Below, piece by piece: positions 9,779 to 20,955 of a stretch of DNA of 64,000 bases. Each line of letters opens with the position of its first letter. Positions within the stretch are counted from its first letter, which is position 1. This stretch comes from an uncultured Chloroflexia bacterium (GTDB lineage: Bacteria; Chloroflexota; Chloroflexia; Thermomicrobiales; UBA6265). The stretch is taken from positions 288,001 to 352,000 of the forward strand of contig CAVRUC010000010.1 of NCBI GenBank assembly GCA_963724295.1, read 5' to 3'. The notes beneath the pieces are model-generated. The model had not been told where the DNA came from. It made no database searches and saw only the letters and a program-made list of their open reading frames with translations. The translations under genes and the position numbers were made by a program.

Positions 9779-10905
9779 TGCAGGTCGACGGGGGGCTGGA
9801 ACGGCCCCCTTCTCCCCTCGGAGCGGGGAGAAGGGTTGGGGATGAGGGGCGCACCCTCCTCGTCCTGCTCTGCGCCACGCTCCTACTTGGCGGCTGCGCG
9901 GCAGGCTCGCCCTCGGTCGTCGCACCCGTTGCCCCCGATTCGTCCTCCCAGCAGCTGGTCCCGGCCGTCGAGGCGGCCGCGGATCCTGGCGCCCCGGAGG
10001 CCGCGGCGGCGGGCGTCGTGGCCCCGGAGGCGGCCCCGCCGGCTGCTGCGGTCGAGACGACAACAGAGGTTGCCGACGCGGCTGTCGAGTCGCTCGAACC
10101 TTCAGCGCCAGAGGCTCTGTCATCGACTGACACCGCGGCGTTCGCGCAGGATGTCCCGGCAGGGGCAAACCCACGCTCGGAGCCCGTACTCACCGCCGAC
10201 GAAGGCGGAGATGACGCGGCCGCGCCAGCCGCCAATATCGAGCGGCCCCCTCCGCCGCCCGATCCCGGCACGGGGCTGAGCACGATTGTCGATCGGGGCA
10301 CGAACGGCCGCCTCGAGGTCGCGCTCACCTTCGATGCCGGCGCCGATACCGGCTACGCCGCCGAAATCCTCGATCTCCTCCGCGAGGAGGGCATCGGAGC
10401 GACCTTCGGCATGACCGGCGTCTGGGCCCAGGCAAATCCTGAGCTGGTGCAGCGGATGGTTGCCGAGGGGCATCAGCTGATCAACCACACCTGGGATCAC
10501 TCGTCACTGACCGGCGCCAACACCCAGTTGCCGCCGATGACCCCGGAACAGGTCTCCCAGCAGCTCGCCGACACCGAGGCGGTGGTGCGCGACCTCACTG
10601 GCTACGAGATGCGCCCCTATTTCCGGCCGCCCTACGGGGATTACGACGAGGCCTCGCTCCGCTATCTCTATGAGAGCGGGTATTCGGAGACCATCTGGTG
10701 GACCTGTGACACCCGCGGCTGGGCCGGCTGGGGCGCCCAGCAGATCATCGACTACTGCACGACCAACATTGCCGAAGACGAGATCATACTCCTCCACGTC
10801 GGCGCCGCCGCGGTGGGAGACTTCGAAGCGTTGCCGGGAATGATCCAGTTCTTCCGCGATAACGGTTACAGCTTCGTGACCATCGAGCAGATGCTTCAGC
10901 CGTGA
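9778..10905 (+). CDS. Polysaccharide deacetylase (CE4) lipoprotein
   Basis: Lipobox LLGGC, Ala/Pro linker, LTFDAG, NHTWDH, FRPPYG, ILLH. Confidence 0.85.
   Translation: MQVDGGLERPPSPLGAGRRVGDEGRTLLVLLCATLLLGGCAAGSPSVVAPVAPDSSSQQLVPAVEAAADPGAPEAAAAGVVAPEAAPPAAAVETTTEVADAAVESLEPSAPEALSSTDTAAFAQDVPAGANPRSEPVLTADEGGDDAAAPAANIERPPPPPDPGTGLSTIVDRGTNGRLEVALTFDAGADTGYAAEILDLLREEGIGATFGMTGVWAQANPELVQRMVAEGHQLINHTWDHSSLTGANTQLPPMTPEQVSQQLADTEAVVRDLTGYEMRPYFRPPYGDYDEASLRYLYESGYSETIWWTCDTRGWAGWGAQQIIDYCTTNIAEDEIILLHVGAAAVGDFEALPGMIQFFRDNGYSFVTIEQMLQP
9806..9850. repeat. REP-like palindrome (same family as 40811-40852)
   Basis: CCCCTTCTCCCC..GGGGAGAAGGG-TTGGGGATGAGGGG; reverse complement resembles CCCTCACCCCAACCCCTCTCCC..GGGAGAGGGG at 40813. 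Confidence 0.7.
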
Positions 10906-10922
10906 GACACGGAGGCCCGGTC

Positions 10923-10951
10923 TTGACCCGTGTGCCGGGCTTGGTTAGTGT
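10923..10951 (+). promoter_or_regulatory. Putative sigma70 promoter of cta operon
   Basis: TTGACC-17 nt-TAGTGT upstream of ctaC. Confidence 0.45.
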
Positions 10952-10954
10952 TCC

Positions 10955-11092
10955 CGATGGGTGCTGGGTGTTGGGTGATGGGGTGATCGGGAGTGTGGCA
11001 TGCGGGTTGCAGTAACCGGGCGATGATCGAGTCCTCGGTCCTTCCCCACGACGGACAATTAACTTGCCGACTTGCCGACTTGCCGACTTGCG
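10955..11092. repeat. Short tandem 7/8-mer repeats in cta leader
   Basis: (GGGTGNTG)n at 10955-10990 and (CTTGCCGA)x3.5 at 11063-11091. Confidence 0.75.
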
Positions 11093-11109
11093 GTTCTTAG
11101 GGAGCGGGA

Positions 11110-12453
11110 ATGATCAGGTTCGGTCCGCGCCAGGTAGACGAGACCGCCACGTCGCGAAGCCACCGCCACTGGTCGCGACTCGTCCCGCTGCTCGCGCTGG
11201 TGGGAGTCGTGCTCCTCTCCGGCTGCGGCTCCGAGGTCGTGCAGCCGTACTCGCACATCACTCCCCAGACCGGGAAAACCGAAGACATCCAGACGCTGTA
11301 CAAGATCACCTTCTGGGCGGCGCTGATCGTCTTCATCGGGGTGCAGGCGGCCATCCTCTACACCGCGCTCCGCTTCCGCCGCCGCAATGAGGAGCGTCCC
11401 GAGCAGGTGCACGGCTCCCGCAAGCTGGAGATCGCCTGGACGATCATCCCGGCCGTCATCCTGCTGGTCCTCTTCATCCCCAACGCGCAGGTGATCTTCA
11501 AGCACGCGGCCGCCGAGCAGGGGCCGGACAAGTTCGACGTCGACGTCATTGGCAAGCAGTGGTGGTGGGAGTTCCGCTACCGCGATATTCCCGCCGATCC
11601 GAATAACCCCGACGCCGGTCCGTTAGTGACGGCCAACGAAGTGTTGATCCCGGTCGATGCCGACGTCGTCTTCCATGTCACCAGCAACAACGTCATCCAC
11701 TCCTTCTGGGTGCCGCAGCTCAGCGGCAAGGTCGACGTGATCCCGGGACACGACAACCCGATGCAATTCGTGGCCAGCACACCCGGCGACTATTACGGCG
11801 AATGCGCCGAGTTCTGCGGATCCGCCCATGCCTGGATGCGCTTCAAGGTGAAAGTCGTCCCTGAGGAGAACTTCGACGCCTGGGTAACGGCCTGGCGCTC
11901 GCCGCCCGCGACCGATGCCAACCCGGAAACCGCCGATGTCGTTGAGGTTCCTCCCGCGTTCGGAGCCTGCCTCGCCTGCCACCGTGTCAATGGCACCAAT
12001 GCCGTCGTCGCTTTGGAAGGTATGCCGGGCCTTTCCGGCTATGTCCAGGGCGCGAATGAAACCATTGGGGTCTCCGCCGAAGATCAGGAAAGCGACGCAA
12101 CCGGCTCCGAGATCGTCCCCGGCCCGGGACCGAATCTGACGCTCCTTGCCTGCCGCGACACGATCGCCGCGGGTCTCCTGGAAAATACGCCCGAAAACCT
12201 GGAGCGGTGGCTCAAGCAAACCGACGAGGTGAAAGAGGGCGTCTACATGCCGAACTACTATGAGCAGGGCGCCATCAACGACGAACAGGTGGCCGAGCTG
12301 GTCACGTATCTGGAGAGTCTGAAACCGGCTGATGGCTGCCCCGACGAAGGTCTGCTCGTCGGCGGCAAGGTACCGAGGGCAGAGGTCGAGGCGACCGATC
12401 CTCGCCCGGATGACCCTTCGGGTGCCCCAAATGGAACCCCAATAGCGCAGTAA
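11110..12453 (+). CDS. ctaC: Cytochrome c oxidase subunit II with fused cytochrome c (caa3 type)
   Basis: Lipobox LLSGC, KQWWWEF, VIHSFW, CuA motif CAEFCGSAHAWM, heme c CLACH, GPNLT, axial MP. Confidence 0.95.
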   Translation: MIRFGPRQVDETATSRSHRHWSRLVPLLALVGVVLLSGCGSEVVQPYSHITPQTGKTEDIQTLYKITFWAALIVFIGVQAAILYTALRFRRRNEERPEQVHGSRKLEIAWTIIPAVILLVLFIPNAQVIFKHAAAEQGPDKFDVDVIGKQWWWEFRYRDIPADPNNPDAGPLVTANEVLIPVDADVVFHVTSNNVIHSFWVPQLSGKVDVIPGHDNPMQFVASTPGDYYGECAEFCGSAHAWMRFKVKVVPEENFDAWVTAWRSPPATDANPETADVVEVPPAFGACLACHRVNGTNAVVALEGMPGLSGYVQGANETIGVSAEDQESDATGSEIVPGPGPNLTLLACRDTIAAGLLENTPENLERWLKQTDEVKEGVYMPNYYEQGAINDEQVAELVTYLESLKPADGCPDEGLLVGGKVPRAEVEATDPRPDDPSGAPNGTPIAQ

Positions 12454-12524
12454 CGGTCCGTGATGGCGGCGGGCGAGCGTCGCGCACAAGGCACGAGGAC
12501 TTTCGGACGACCAGGAGTCAGGCA

Positions 12525-14648
12525 ATGGCATCAATCGCTCAGCCACGAGTTCAGGCACCAGCAGGTCCCCAGTCACCTGGGGTCCCCTTCCCCAGGCCCC
12601 AGGTGGAGCCGACTGGGCTCTGGAGCTGGCTGACCACCGTCGATCACAAGCGCATTGCCAAGCTGTACGGCGTCTCCGCATTCCTCTTCTTTCTGCTCGG
12701 TGGTCTGGAAGCGATGCTGATTCGCGCTCAGTTGACGCGTCCGGAAAACAACGTCGTCGATGCTCAGCGCTACAACGAGCTCTTCACCATGCACGGCACG
12801 ACGATGATCTTCCTCGTGGTCATGCCTTTGAGCGTCGCGTTTTTCAATCTGGTCGTGCCGCTCCAGATCGGCGCGCGCGACGTTGCCTTCCCACGGTTGA
12901 ACGGCTTTTCCTACTGGACCTTCCTGGCAGGCGCGCTCATCCTCTATATCCCGGTGCTCTTTTCGTTGCCTGGCATCTTCCTCCACATTGCCGGGACCGC
13001 CTGGACGAGCCTATTTGGGGAAGGTCTACCGACCGCCCTGCAGTCGCTTGGCAACCTGTGGCCCTTCGCGTGGTTCAACGGCTGGCCGTTCGCCGGGTTC
13101 GTTCCCGACCAGGGCTGGTACGGATACGCGCCGCTCACCTCGCCCCTTTTCTCGGGAAGAGAGATCGATTTCTGGGCACTCGGTCTGCAAATCCTTGGCG
13201 TCGCCTCGATGGCCGGCGCCTTCAACTTCATCGTCACCATCATCAACCTGCGCGCTCCGGGCATGTCGATGATGCGCCTGCCGATCTTCTCCTGGTCGAC
13301 CCTGATCACCTCCGTGCTCATCATCATGGCCTTCCCGGCTATCACCATCGCCCTGGTGCTCCTCACCTTCGACCGGCTCGGGGGTACTCTCTTCTACCAG
13401 GCGTTCAATATCTCAGAGGGCACCCTGGTCACCGCCGGCGGTGACCCGATGCTCTGGCAGCACCTCTTCTGGATCTTCGGACACCCTGAGGTCTACATCC
13501 TGATCCTGCCGGCCTTCGGCCTCGTTTCGGAGATCATTCCGGTCTTCTCGCGCAAACCGCTCTTCGGCTACGCGGTCATGGTCTACGCCATCGCCGCCAT
13601 TGCCTTCCTTGGCTTCGGCGTCTGGGTCCACCACATGTTCACGACCGGTCTCGGCCCCACCCCGATCGCCGCATTCTCCGCGGCGACGATGCTCATCGCC
13701 ATTCCGACCGGGGTGAAGATCCTCAACTGGACGGCGACGATGTGGGGAGGGTCGTTGAAATTCACGACGCCGATGCTCTTCGCCGTCGGTCTCGTCTCAC
13801 AGTTCGTGATCGGCGGGCTCTCCGGTGTCATGCACTCGGTGGTACCGGTCGATACCCAGCAGAATGACACCTACTTCATCGTGGCGCACTTCCACTACGT
13901 CCTGTTCGGTGGCAGCATCTTCGCGCTCATGGGCGCCATCTTCTTCTACTGGCCCAAGGCATTCGGCAAGCTGCTCGACGAGCGGCTGGGCAAGATCCAG
14001 TTCTGGCTGCAGTTCGCCGGCTTCAACCTGACCTTCTTCCCCATGCACTTCCTCGGTCTGGCCGGGATGCCGCGCCGGTATTCCACCTACGGCTTCGAGA
14101 GCGGCTGGTGGTTCTGGAATGTGATCGCGACCATGGGGGCGCTCCTGATCGCCACCTCGGTGCTCATCTTCCTCATCAACGTCCGGCGCACCGCGCAAAG
14201 CGAACAGGACGTCGGCCCCAACCCCTGGGACGCGGCGACGCTGGAATGGGCCATTCCCTCGCCGCCACCGGTCTACAACTTCCGCATCATTCCCTTCGTC
14301 ACCCATCGCGACCAGCTCTGGCACGACCAGTACGACCGGGCGCTGGAGGCTTCCGGACGCCCGGACCGCGTCGCGGACGCCATTGTCGAGGTCGACCAGC
14401 TTCCGGAGCACTCGCGCGTTGGGGTGGCCGTCGCGGAGGCGCAGGCGGAAGAAGGCAATATCCATCTCCCGAACCCGTCGTACTATCCGCTCCTGGCAGG
14501 GATCGGCATCTTCCTCCTGGCCTTCGGCATTCTGATCAACAATCCTCACATCCAGCTCGGGTTCTTCGGGATTCCGATCGTCTCCGCGGCCGGGTTCCTG
14601 GCGCTGGTGGTTGCCATTTACGGGTGGTCTTTCGAGCCCGCGGGTTAG
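12525..14648 (+). CDS. ctaD: Cytochrome c oxidase subunit I (A1 type)
   Basis: TMHGT, FGHPEVY, WVHHM, AHFHY, GMPRR; extra C-terminal helices. Confidence 0.97.
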   Translation: MASIAQPRVQAPAGPQSPGVPFPRPQVEPTGLWSWLTTVDHKRIAKLYGVSAFLFFLLGGLEAMLIRAQLTRPENNVVDAQRYNELFTMHGTTMIFLVVMPLSVAFFNLVVPLQIGARDVAFPRLNGFSYWTFLAGALILYIPVLFSLPGIFLHIAGTAWTSLFGEGLPTALQSLGNLWPFAWFNGWPFAGFVPDQGWYGYAPLTSPLFSGREIDFWALGLQILGVASMAGAFNFIVTIINLRAPGMSMMRLPIFSWSTLITSVLIIMAFPAITIALVLLTFDRLGGTLFYQAFNISEGTLVTAGGDPMLWQHLFWIFGHPEVYILILPAFGLVSEIIPVFSRKPLFGYAVMVYAIAAIAFLGFGVWVHHMFTTGLGPTPIAAFSAATMLIAIPTGVKILNWTATMWGGSLKFTTPMLFAVGLVSQFVIGGLSGVMHSVVPVDTQQNDTYFIVAHFHYVLFGGSIFALMGAIFFYWPKAFGKLLDERLGKIQFWLQFAGFNLTFFPMHFLGLAGMPRRYSTYGFESGWWFWNVIATMGALLIATSVLIFLINVRRTAQSEQDVGPNPWDAATLEWAIPSPPPVYNFRIIPFVTHRDQLWHDQYDRALEASGRPDRVADAIVEVDQLPEHSRVGVAVAEAQAEEGNIHLPNPSYYPLLAGIGIFLLAFGILINNPHIQLGFFGIPIVSAAGFLALVVAIYGWSFEPAG

Positions 14649-14755
14649 ACGAGGGTGATGGGTGTTGGGGTGTTACTCGCTGCGCTCGTGGTGTCTGGGT
14701 GTCAGGAGATCGTTCTCCCTGTCACCCTGACACCCTGAGACCCTGACACCCTCGT
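14649..14755. repeat. Modular palindromic intergenic repeat
   Basis: Terminal IR ACGAGGGTG...CACCCTCGT, internal 8-mers and ACTCGCTGCGCTCGTGGTG module. Confidence 0.8.
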
Positions 14756-14772
14756 ACGTAAGGAGCGCGACA

Positions 14773-15525
14773 TTGGCGACCGCGATTGACTTGCAGGTGG
14801 AGACCGCGCACGGCGCGGGTCACGATATCCACGACGGGCACGGGCATTCCGACCACCCGCCCACCAGCACCGGCCTCAACAGCCGCAAGATGCTGATGTG
14901 GCTCTTCCTCACCTCCGACTGCATGTTCTTCGGGACCTTGATCGCCACCTACATGACCTACCGCGCTCGTAGCATCGAGCTCGGAATGCCGCCGTACCCG
15001 AATGAGATCTTCGACATCCCCTACACCTCGGTCAGCGCCTTCGTGCTCCTCATGTCCTCACTGACGATGGTGCTGGCACTCTCCGCGATTCAGCGCGGCA
15101 ACCACCGCGGGCTGCGTATCTGGATCTCGGCAACCGCGCTCCTCGGGGCGATCTTCGTCGGCGGTCAGTTCTTTGAGTTCACCGAGTTCACCCACGAAGG
15201 CCTGGGTCTCTCCAGCAACATCTTTGGCTCGTCCTTCTTCGTCCTGACCGGCTTCCACGGTGCGCACGTGACGATCGGGGTCGCCTGGCTCCTGTCGATC
15301 CTCGTCCTCTCCCTGCGCGGCGGGTTGCCCCCGGAGCAATCTCTCGATGTCGAGATCGCCGGGCTCTACTGGCACTTCGTCGACATCGTCTGGATCGTCA
15401 TCTTCACCCTCGTCTACCTGGTCCCGTACGCGGACGGACCAGAAGGGGCGGCCGAGGCGGCGCCACATGCATTCGTGCGGCTCATGACGATCGGCGAACG
15501 GTTCCTGGCGGCGCTGCCGTTCTAG
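14773..15525 (+). CDS. ctaE: Cytochrome c oxidase subunit III
   Basis: RBS AAGGAG + TTG; LTGFHGAHV, YWHFVDIVW. Confidence 0.95.
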   Translation: MATAIDLQVETAHGAGHDIHDGHGHSDHPPTSTGLNSRKMLMWLFLTSDCMFFGTLIATYMTYRARSIELGMPPYPNEIFDIPYTSVSAFVLLMSSLTMVLALSAIQRGNHRGLRIWISATALLGAIFVGGQFFEFTEFTHEGLGLSSNIFGSSFFVLTGFHGAHVTIGVAWLLSILVLSLRGGLPPEQSLDVEIAGLYWHFVDIVWIVIFTLVYLVPYADGPEGAAEAAPHAFVRLMTIGERFLAALPF

Positions 15526-15562
15526 CAGGCCACACCTGGAAGACCCAATGGGAGGACACCCA

Positions 15563-15916
15563 GTGGCTGATCACGCGGCTCATGGACACGAGGAACCGGC
15601 CAACGAAGGAGCGCACGCGCACCCCACCAACCAGGTGTATGTCCGTATCGCCATCATCCTGGCGATCATCACCCTCGTCGAGGTCGTCATCTATTACATC
15701 CCGACTCTCCGCCCGGCCCTCGTGCCGGCGTTGCTCGTTCTGTCTATCGCGAAGTTCCTGATGGTCGTCGGCTTCTTCATGCACCTCCGGTTCGACAGCC
15801 GGCTCTATCGGTTCATGTTTGCCGCCGGCCTGGTGGTCACCCTGGGGGTCTACTTCGCATTGCTGGCCATGCTCTGGACCAGGGGGTTCTGGTTCCCGCT
15901 CCCGACCACGCCGTGA
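15563..15916 (+). CDS. ctaF: Cytochrome c oxidase subunit IV
   Basis: KFLMVVGFFMHL motif, 3 TM; GGAGG RBS before GTG 15563. Confidence 0.85.
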   Translation: MADHAAHGHEEPANEGAHAHPTNQVYVRIAIILAIITLVEVVIYYIPTLRPALVPALLVLSIAKFLMVVGFFMHLRFDSRLYRFMFAAGLVVTLGVYFALLAMLWTRGFWFPLPTTP

Positions 15917-15917
15917 G

Positions 15918-16042
15918 ACGGTAAGTCGGTCAGTCGGAAAGTCGGCAAGTGGATATCGGCTATCAGCTAACGGCTATCGGCTATCGGCTATCGGCGCCTT
16001 CTCGTCCTGACCGACTGACCGACTTCCCGACTGACCGACTTC
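15918..16042. repeat. Nested palindromic 8-mer/7-mer repeat
   Basis: (AGTCGGNN)n ... (GCTATCG)n ... (NNCCGACT)n. Confidence 0.8.
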
Positions 16043-16908
16043 CGTTGCTTCACGCCGGCGGCGTCGATCCGACCGGGTGGCTCTGGAGCGACTGGAACGT
16101 CGAGCCCACGATCGCCATCGGGTTGTTGGCGCTCGTTACGGGGTATCTGTTCGTTACCAGGACTTCGTCGTTTTCTCGCCAGAAAGCCTCTTTCATCGCC
16201 GGCGCGGTAGTGCTCTTCGTCGCCTTGGGACCGCCGCTGGATGACTGGTCGGATCACTATCTCCTGCTGGCGCACATGGTGCAGCACCTGCTGCTGATCA
16301 TGTTGGCCGCGCCCTTGCTCCTCTACGGCACGCCCGCCTGGGTGCTGGCGCCGCTGACGCGCAACCGGATCACCAACACCATAGGCTACTGGCTGACGCG
16401 GCCGGTCATCGCCTACACGGTGGCAAACGCCATCTTCGTCCTCTGGCACGTGCCGATGTTCTACGAGATGGCCTTACGCTCGCAGCCCGTCCACGTCTTC
16501 GAGCATGCGACGATGTTGGGGACCGCATTGCTGGCCTGGTGGCCGACGCTAGGCCCACTGCCGCAGTGGCCCCGGCTGGCTCTGCCACTGCACAGCCTCT
16601 ACTACTTCGCCATGACCCTGCCGGGCACCGCGGTCGGAGCGTTCATCACCTTCGCCGACCCGGGACTGTACGCGCCCTATGACACCGCGCAACGCATCTT
16701 CGGTATCGACCTGGCAACCGACCAGCAAGCGGCGGGACTCCTGATGTGGGTGGCCCTGGGAACCATCTATCTGCTGCTGATCACCTTCAGTTTCTTCCGC
16801 TGGGTGTCACGTGAAGAAGCCGCCGATCGCGAAGCGGCCGCCCAGGCCGCGGCCACCGCCGCGACCGTGTCGGTCTCAGGTGACCAGGGTGCACGGGTCA
16901 CAAGCTAG
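15949..16908 (+). CDS. ctaG: caa3 oxidase assembly factor CtaG
   Basis: AHMVQHLLL, LWHVP, HVFEH, DQQAAGLLMW; true start may be TTG 16045. Confidence 0.88.
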   Translation: MDIGYQLTAIGYRLSAPSRPDRLTDFPTDRLPLLHAGGVDPTGWLWSDWNVEPTIAIGLLALVTGYLFVTRTSSFSRQKASFIAGAVVLFVALGPPLDDWSDHYLLLAHMVQHLLLIMLAAPLLLYGTPAWVLAPLTRNRITNTIGYWLTRPVIAYTVANAIFVLWHVPMFYEMALRSQPVHVFEHATMLGTALLAWWPTLGPLPQWPRLALPLHSLYYFAMTLPGTAVGAFITFADPGLYAPYDTAQRIFGIDLATDQQAAGLLMWVALGTIYLLLITFSFFRWVSREEAADREAAAQAAATAATVSVSGDQGARVTS

Positions 16909-17007
16909 GCCGATCGGCCCGCGTATACTGCACAGGCAGCGACGGGAATTCTCAGCATCGCCCGCTTTACGGCGGACGCTCTCCGTTCACCGGAACGCGA
17001 GGCGACC

Positions 17008-17337
17008 ATGATCTCTCTTCCCACCAACCGCGATGACAGCGAAGGCGAAGAGCAGGAGGGCGCAGCCGCGGTCTGGGCCTTCCTGCTGGTCCTCTTCTTC
17101 TTCAAGCTGGCCACCGTGATCCTCATCTTCTGGCAGCTGCGTAGCTGGGAAAGTGGGGTCATCCTGGGAGCGACGTTCTGGTACTGGATTCCACCGTTAC
17201 TCCTGCTTGGCGCGGGACCGGTGGTGTTCTACTACCGGTTGCGGAAGGTACGTGGCCGCCGCGAGGCGTTGCAGCGGTCGGAATGGATGGTTGGGGACGA
17301 CCAGGACGTGGAAGTCTGGTCGGCTCGCCAGCGGTGA
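17008..17337 (+). CDS. Small membrane protein of unknown function
   Basis: RBS GAGG, two hydrophobic segments, GC-rich codon usage. Confidence 0.65.
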   Translation: MISLPTNRDDSEGEEQEGAAAVWAFLLVLFFFKLATVILIFWQLRSWESGVILGATFWYWIPPLLLLGAGPVVFYYRLRKVRGRREALQRSEWMVGDDQDVEVWSARQR

Positions 17338-17415
17338 CGCCGGGAGCTCACCCCTAACGCGCAGCGCCTATAATGCCCATCGTCGGGCTCGAGCCGACGC
17401 GCCCGGTAAGCTGGC

Positions 17416-18105
17416 GTGAGACGCACCTGGGGGTACGGCTGGATGGGTGGGTTTGCGCGGGCGTTCCTGCGACCCGCAATCGTATTCATTCTGGTCGCGG
17501 CAGTTGTCGCGTTCCTCATCGTCGGCATTGGCCAGCTGCTCCTGAGGCTCCACCCCGAGATGGGAGAGCACGAGGTTTCGGGGCTCGCCGCTACCGTCCA
17601 GGAGTTCGTGCGGCCAGACCTCCTTACGGCCCTTGGACTCTCCCTGGTCGTGCTCTTCGGCGGCGCGCTCCTGGCGCGGCCGCGAGGCGAGCCGCGGCCA
17701 CTCGATGAACCGGTGGCCATCGGGGAGCGTCCCTTCTTCGCCCCGGTCACGCCACCGCCGACAGATGAGGAGATGACCAGGCGCGGACCGCTCGGAACCT
17801 GGGCCGACATCGAACCAGGCTTCACGCTCTATGCGCGGAACGGAGCGCTGGCCAAGGTCGTCGCCCTCCTCCCCGGCGAGGACGAATACGGCAAGTCGCG
17901 GCGCGGCCTTGTTTACGCCAGCGGGTTGTACGGCGCGAACGACGAGATGTGGATCCCGTTGGAGGCCGTCTATGCCGTCTACCCGGAGACCGGCTCCGCG
18001 TTCCTGGCGGCCAAGGGGGACGAGATCGAGCACTTCGGCTGGAACCTCCCGCCGGAGAGCTTCCGCCGCGGCCAAAGCATGCACTCGCCGTTGCCATCGT
18101 TCTGA
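17416..18105 (+). CDS. Membrane-anchored hypothetical protein (2 TM + PRC-barrel-like C-terminus)
   Basis: Two TM segments, then ...FTLYARNGALAKV...EMWIPLEAVYAV; fold assignment is inference. Confidence 0.6.
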   Translation: MRRTWGYGWMGGFARAFLRPAIVFILVAAVVAFLIVGIGQLLLRLHPEMGEHEVSGLAATVQEFVRPDLLTALGLSLVVLFGGALLARPRGEPRPLDEPVAIGERPFFAPVTPPPTDEEMTRRGPLGTWADIEPGFTLYARNGALAKVVALLPGEDEYGKSRRGLVYASGLYGANDEMWIPLEAVYAVYPETGSAFLAAKGDEIEHFGWNLPPESFRRGQSMHSPLPSF

Positions 18106-18219
18106 CGAGGGTGGCGGGGTCGCAGGGTGGCAGGGTGACAGGGAGGACGTTCTACCCCGCCACCCTGCCACCACGAGCGCAGCGAGTCATCACCCTGACA
18201 CCGTGAGCGCAGCGAACCC
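18104..18219. repeat. Modular palindromic intergenic repeat
   Basis: GACGAGGGTGGCGGGGTCGCAGGGTGGCAGGGTGACAGG...CCACGAGCGCAGCGAG...GTGAGCGCAGCGAAC. Confidence 0.8.
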
Positions 18220-19287
18220 TCACCCTTCGTTTGCCAGGATCGCTTGCTTCCGCTCCGCGCCCCAGCGGTAGCCGCCCGCACTGCCATCACCGCGCACCAC
18301 GCGGTGGCAGGGAATGACGAGCGCGGCCGGGTTGGTGGCGCAGGCCCTGGCGACGGCACGCGCACCCTTTGCATTCCCAAGCGTTGCCGCTATCTGGCCG
18401 TAGGTGCGGCGCTCTCCAGTCGGAATGGTCCGTAGCGCCTGCCAGACCTCGTGTTGAAACGGTGTCCCCACCACATCGAGCGGCAGCGCGCTGAGGGACG
18501 TCCGATCCTGCAGGTGCGCGAGGACGGAGCCCACGTACGGCCGTAGAGCTTCGTCGTCGCGCCGGATCGTGGCCCGGGGATACTCGGCGGTCAGTGACCG
18601 CTCGAGCTCGGCAGCGTCCTCGCCAATGCTGACCGCGCAGATTCCGCGCTCGGTTGCCGCGACGAGGATCTGCCCGATAGGTGAATCGGTCGTCGCATAG
18701 TTCATCGTCATGCCTTCGCCACCTCGCTTGTAGGATGTCGGTGTCATGCCCAGCGCTGATCGCGCCTGGGCGTAGAAGCGACTGCTCGATCCGTAACCTG
18801 AGGCGTAGAGCGCGCTTGTCACATCGGCGCCATCACGGAGTCGGGACTTGGCCAATTCCAACCGCCGCGCGGCTGCATACATGCGCGGTGAAACTCCGGT
18901 GACCCGTGTAAACGTGCGCTGCAGGTGTCCCGGGCTGACTCCGAGCGCCGCGGCAAGCCGTGGCAGTGTCACTCGCTCCTCGACGCGAGCGTCGATCCAG
19001 GTGGTGGCCCGCGCCACGAGCTCTTCCTGTGATGACGCGATGGCTTTCGGCCGGCAGCGGCGGCAGGCACGGAACCCGGCTCGCTCGGCGGTAGCGGGAT
19101 CGGCGAAGAAACTGACGTTCTCGCGTCGTGGCCGGCGCGCCGGGCAGGACGGGCGGCAATAAATTCCGGTCGTGCTGACGGCGAAAACAAACTCCCCATC
19201 GTGACCGCGGTTGCGATTCAACACCGCCTGCCACCGATCATCGCCAAGCGTCGTCGCTGTCTCTTGATTACTGGCAATCGTGAGCAT
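18220..19287 (-). CDS. ada: Bifunctional Ada regulator / O6-methylguanine-DNA methyltransferase
   Basis: GIYCRPSC, FRACRRC Zn site, AraC HTH, IPCHRV active site; RBS GGAGG. Confidence 0.95.
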   Translation of the reverse strand: MLTIASNQETATTLGDDRWQAVLNRNRGHDGEFVFAVSTTGIYCRPSCPARRPRRENVSFFADPATAERAGFRACRRCRPKAIASSQEELVARATTWIDARVEERVTLPRLAAALGVSPGHLQRTFTRVTGVSPRMYAAARRLELAKSRLRDGADVTSALYASGYGSSSRFYAQARSALGMTPTSYKRGGEGMTMNYATTDSPIGQILVAATERGICAVSIGEDAAELERSLTAEYPRATIRRDDEALRPYVGSVLAHLQDRTSLSALPLDVVGTPFQHEVWQALRTIPTGERRTYGQIAATLGNAKGARAVARACATNPAALVIPCHRVVRGDGSAGGYRWGAERKQAILANEG

Positions 19288-19505
19288 CGTCTGTACCTCC
19301 TGCGCTAAAGGTAAGCGGGAGGCACCCTGCATACATGCCGAATCGTGCGCTCAAATTCGGATCAGGCCGAGACGGCTAGACGGCGAAGACCGTCATCCCA
19401 GGATCTCGTCGTGAAGTCTCACGTGAAGAATCTCCGCGCTCTTGGCTGTCGGACTCTCGCCATCTCACGACTTACGGCTCTGGGCACACGACTCGCCTGG
19501 CCGTC

Positions 19506-20894
<1,389 letters not shown>

Positions 20895-20955
20895 GCCCGT
20901 ACTCCGCTTCCATCCACGCCCGATGACGCTCCGGGTGCCCGCCGGCGTCCTCGCG

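Noticed and set aside
19375..19500. ORF 19345-19644 or RNA between ada and sucB
   Set aside because: Loose degenerate 8-mer repeats; no coding signature.
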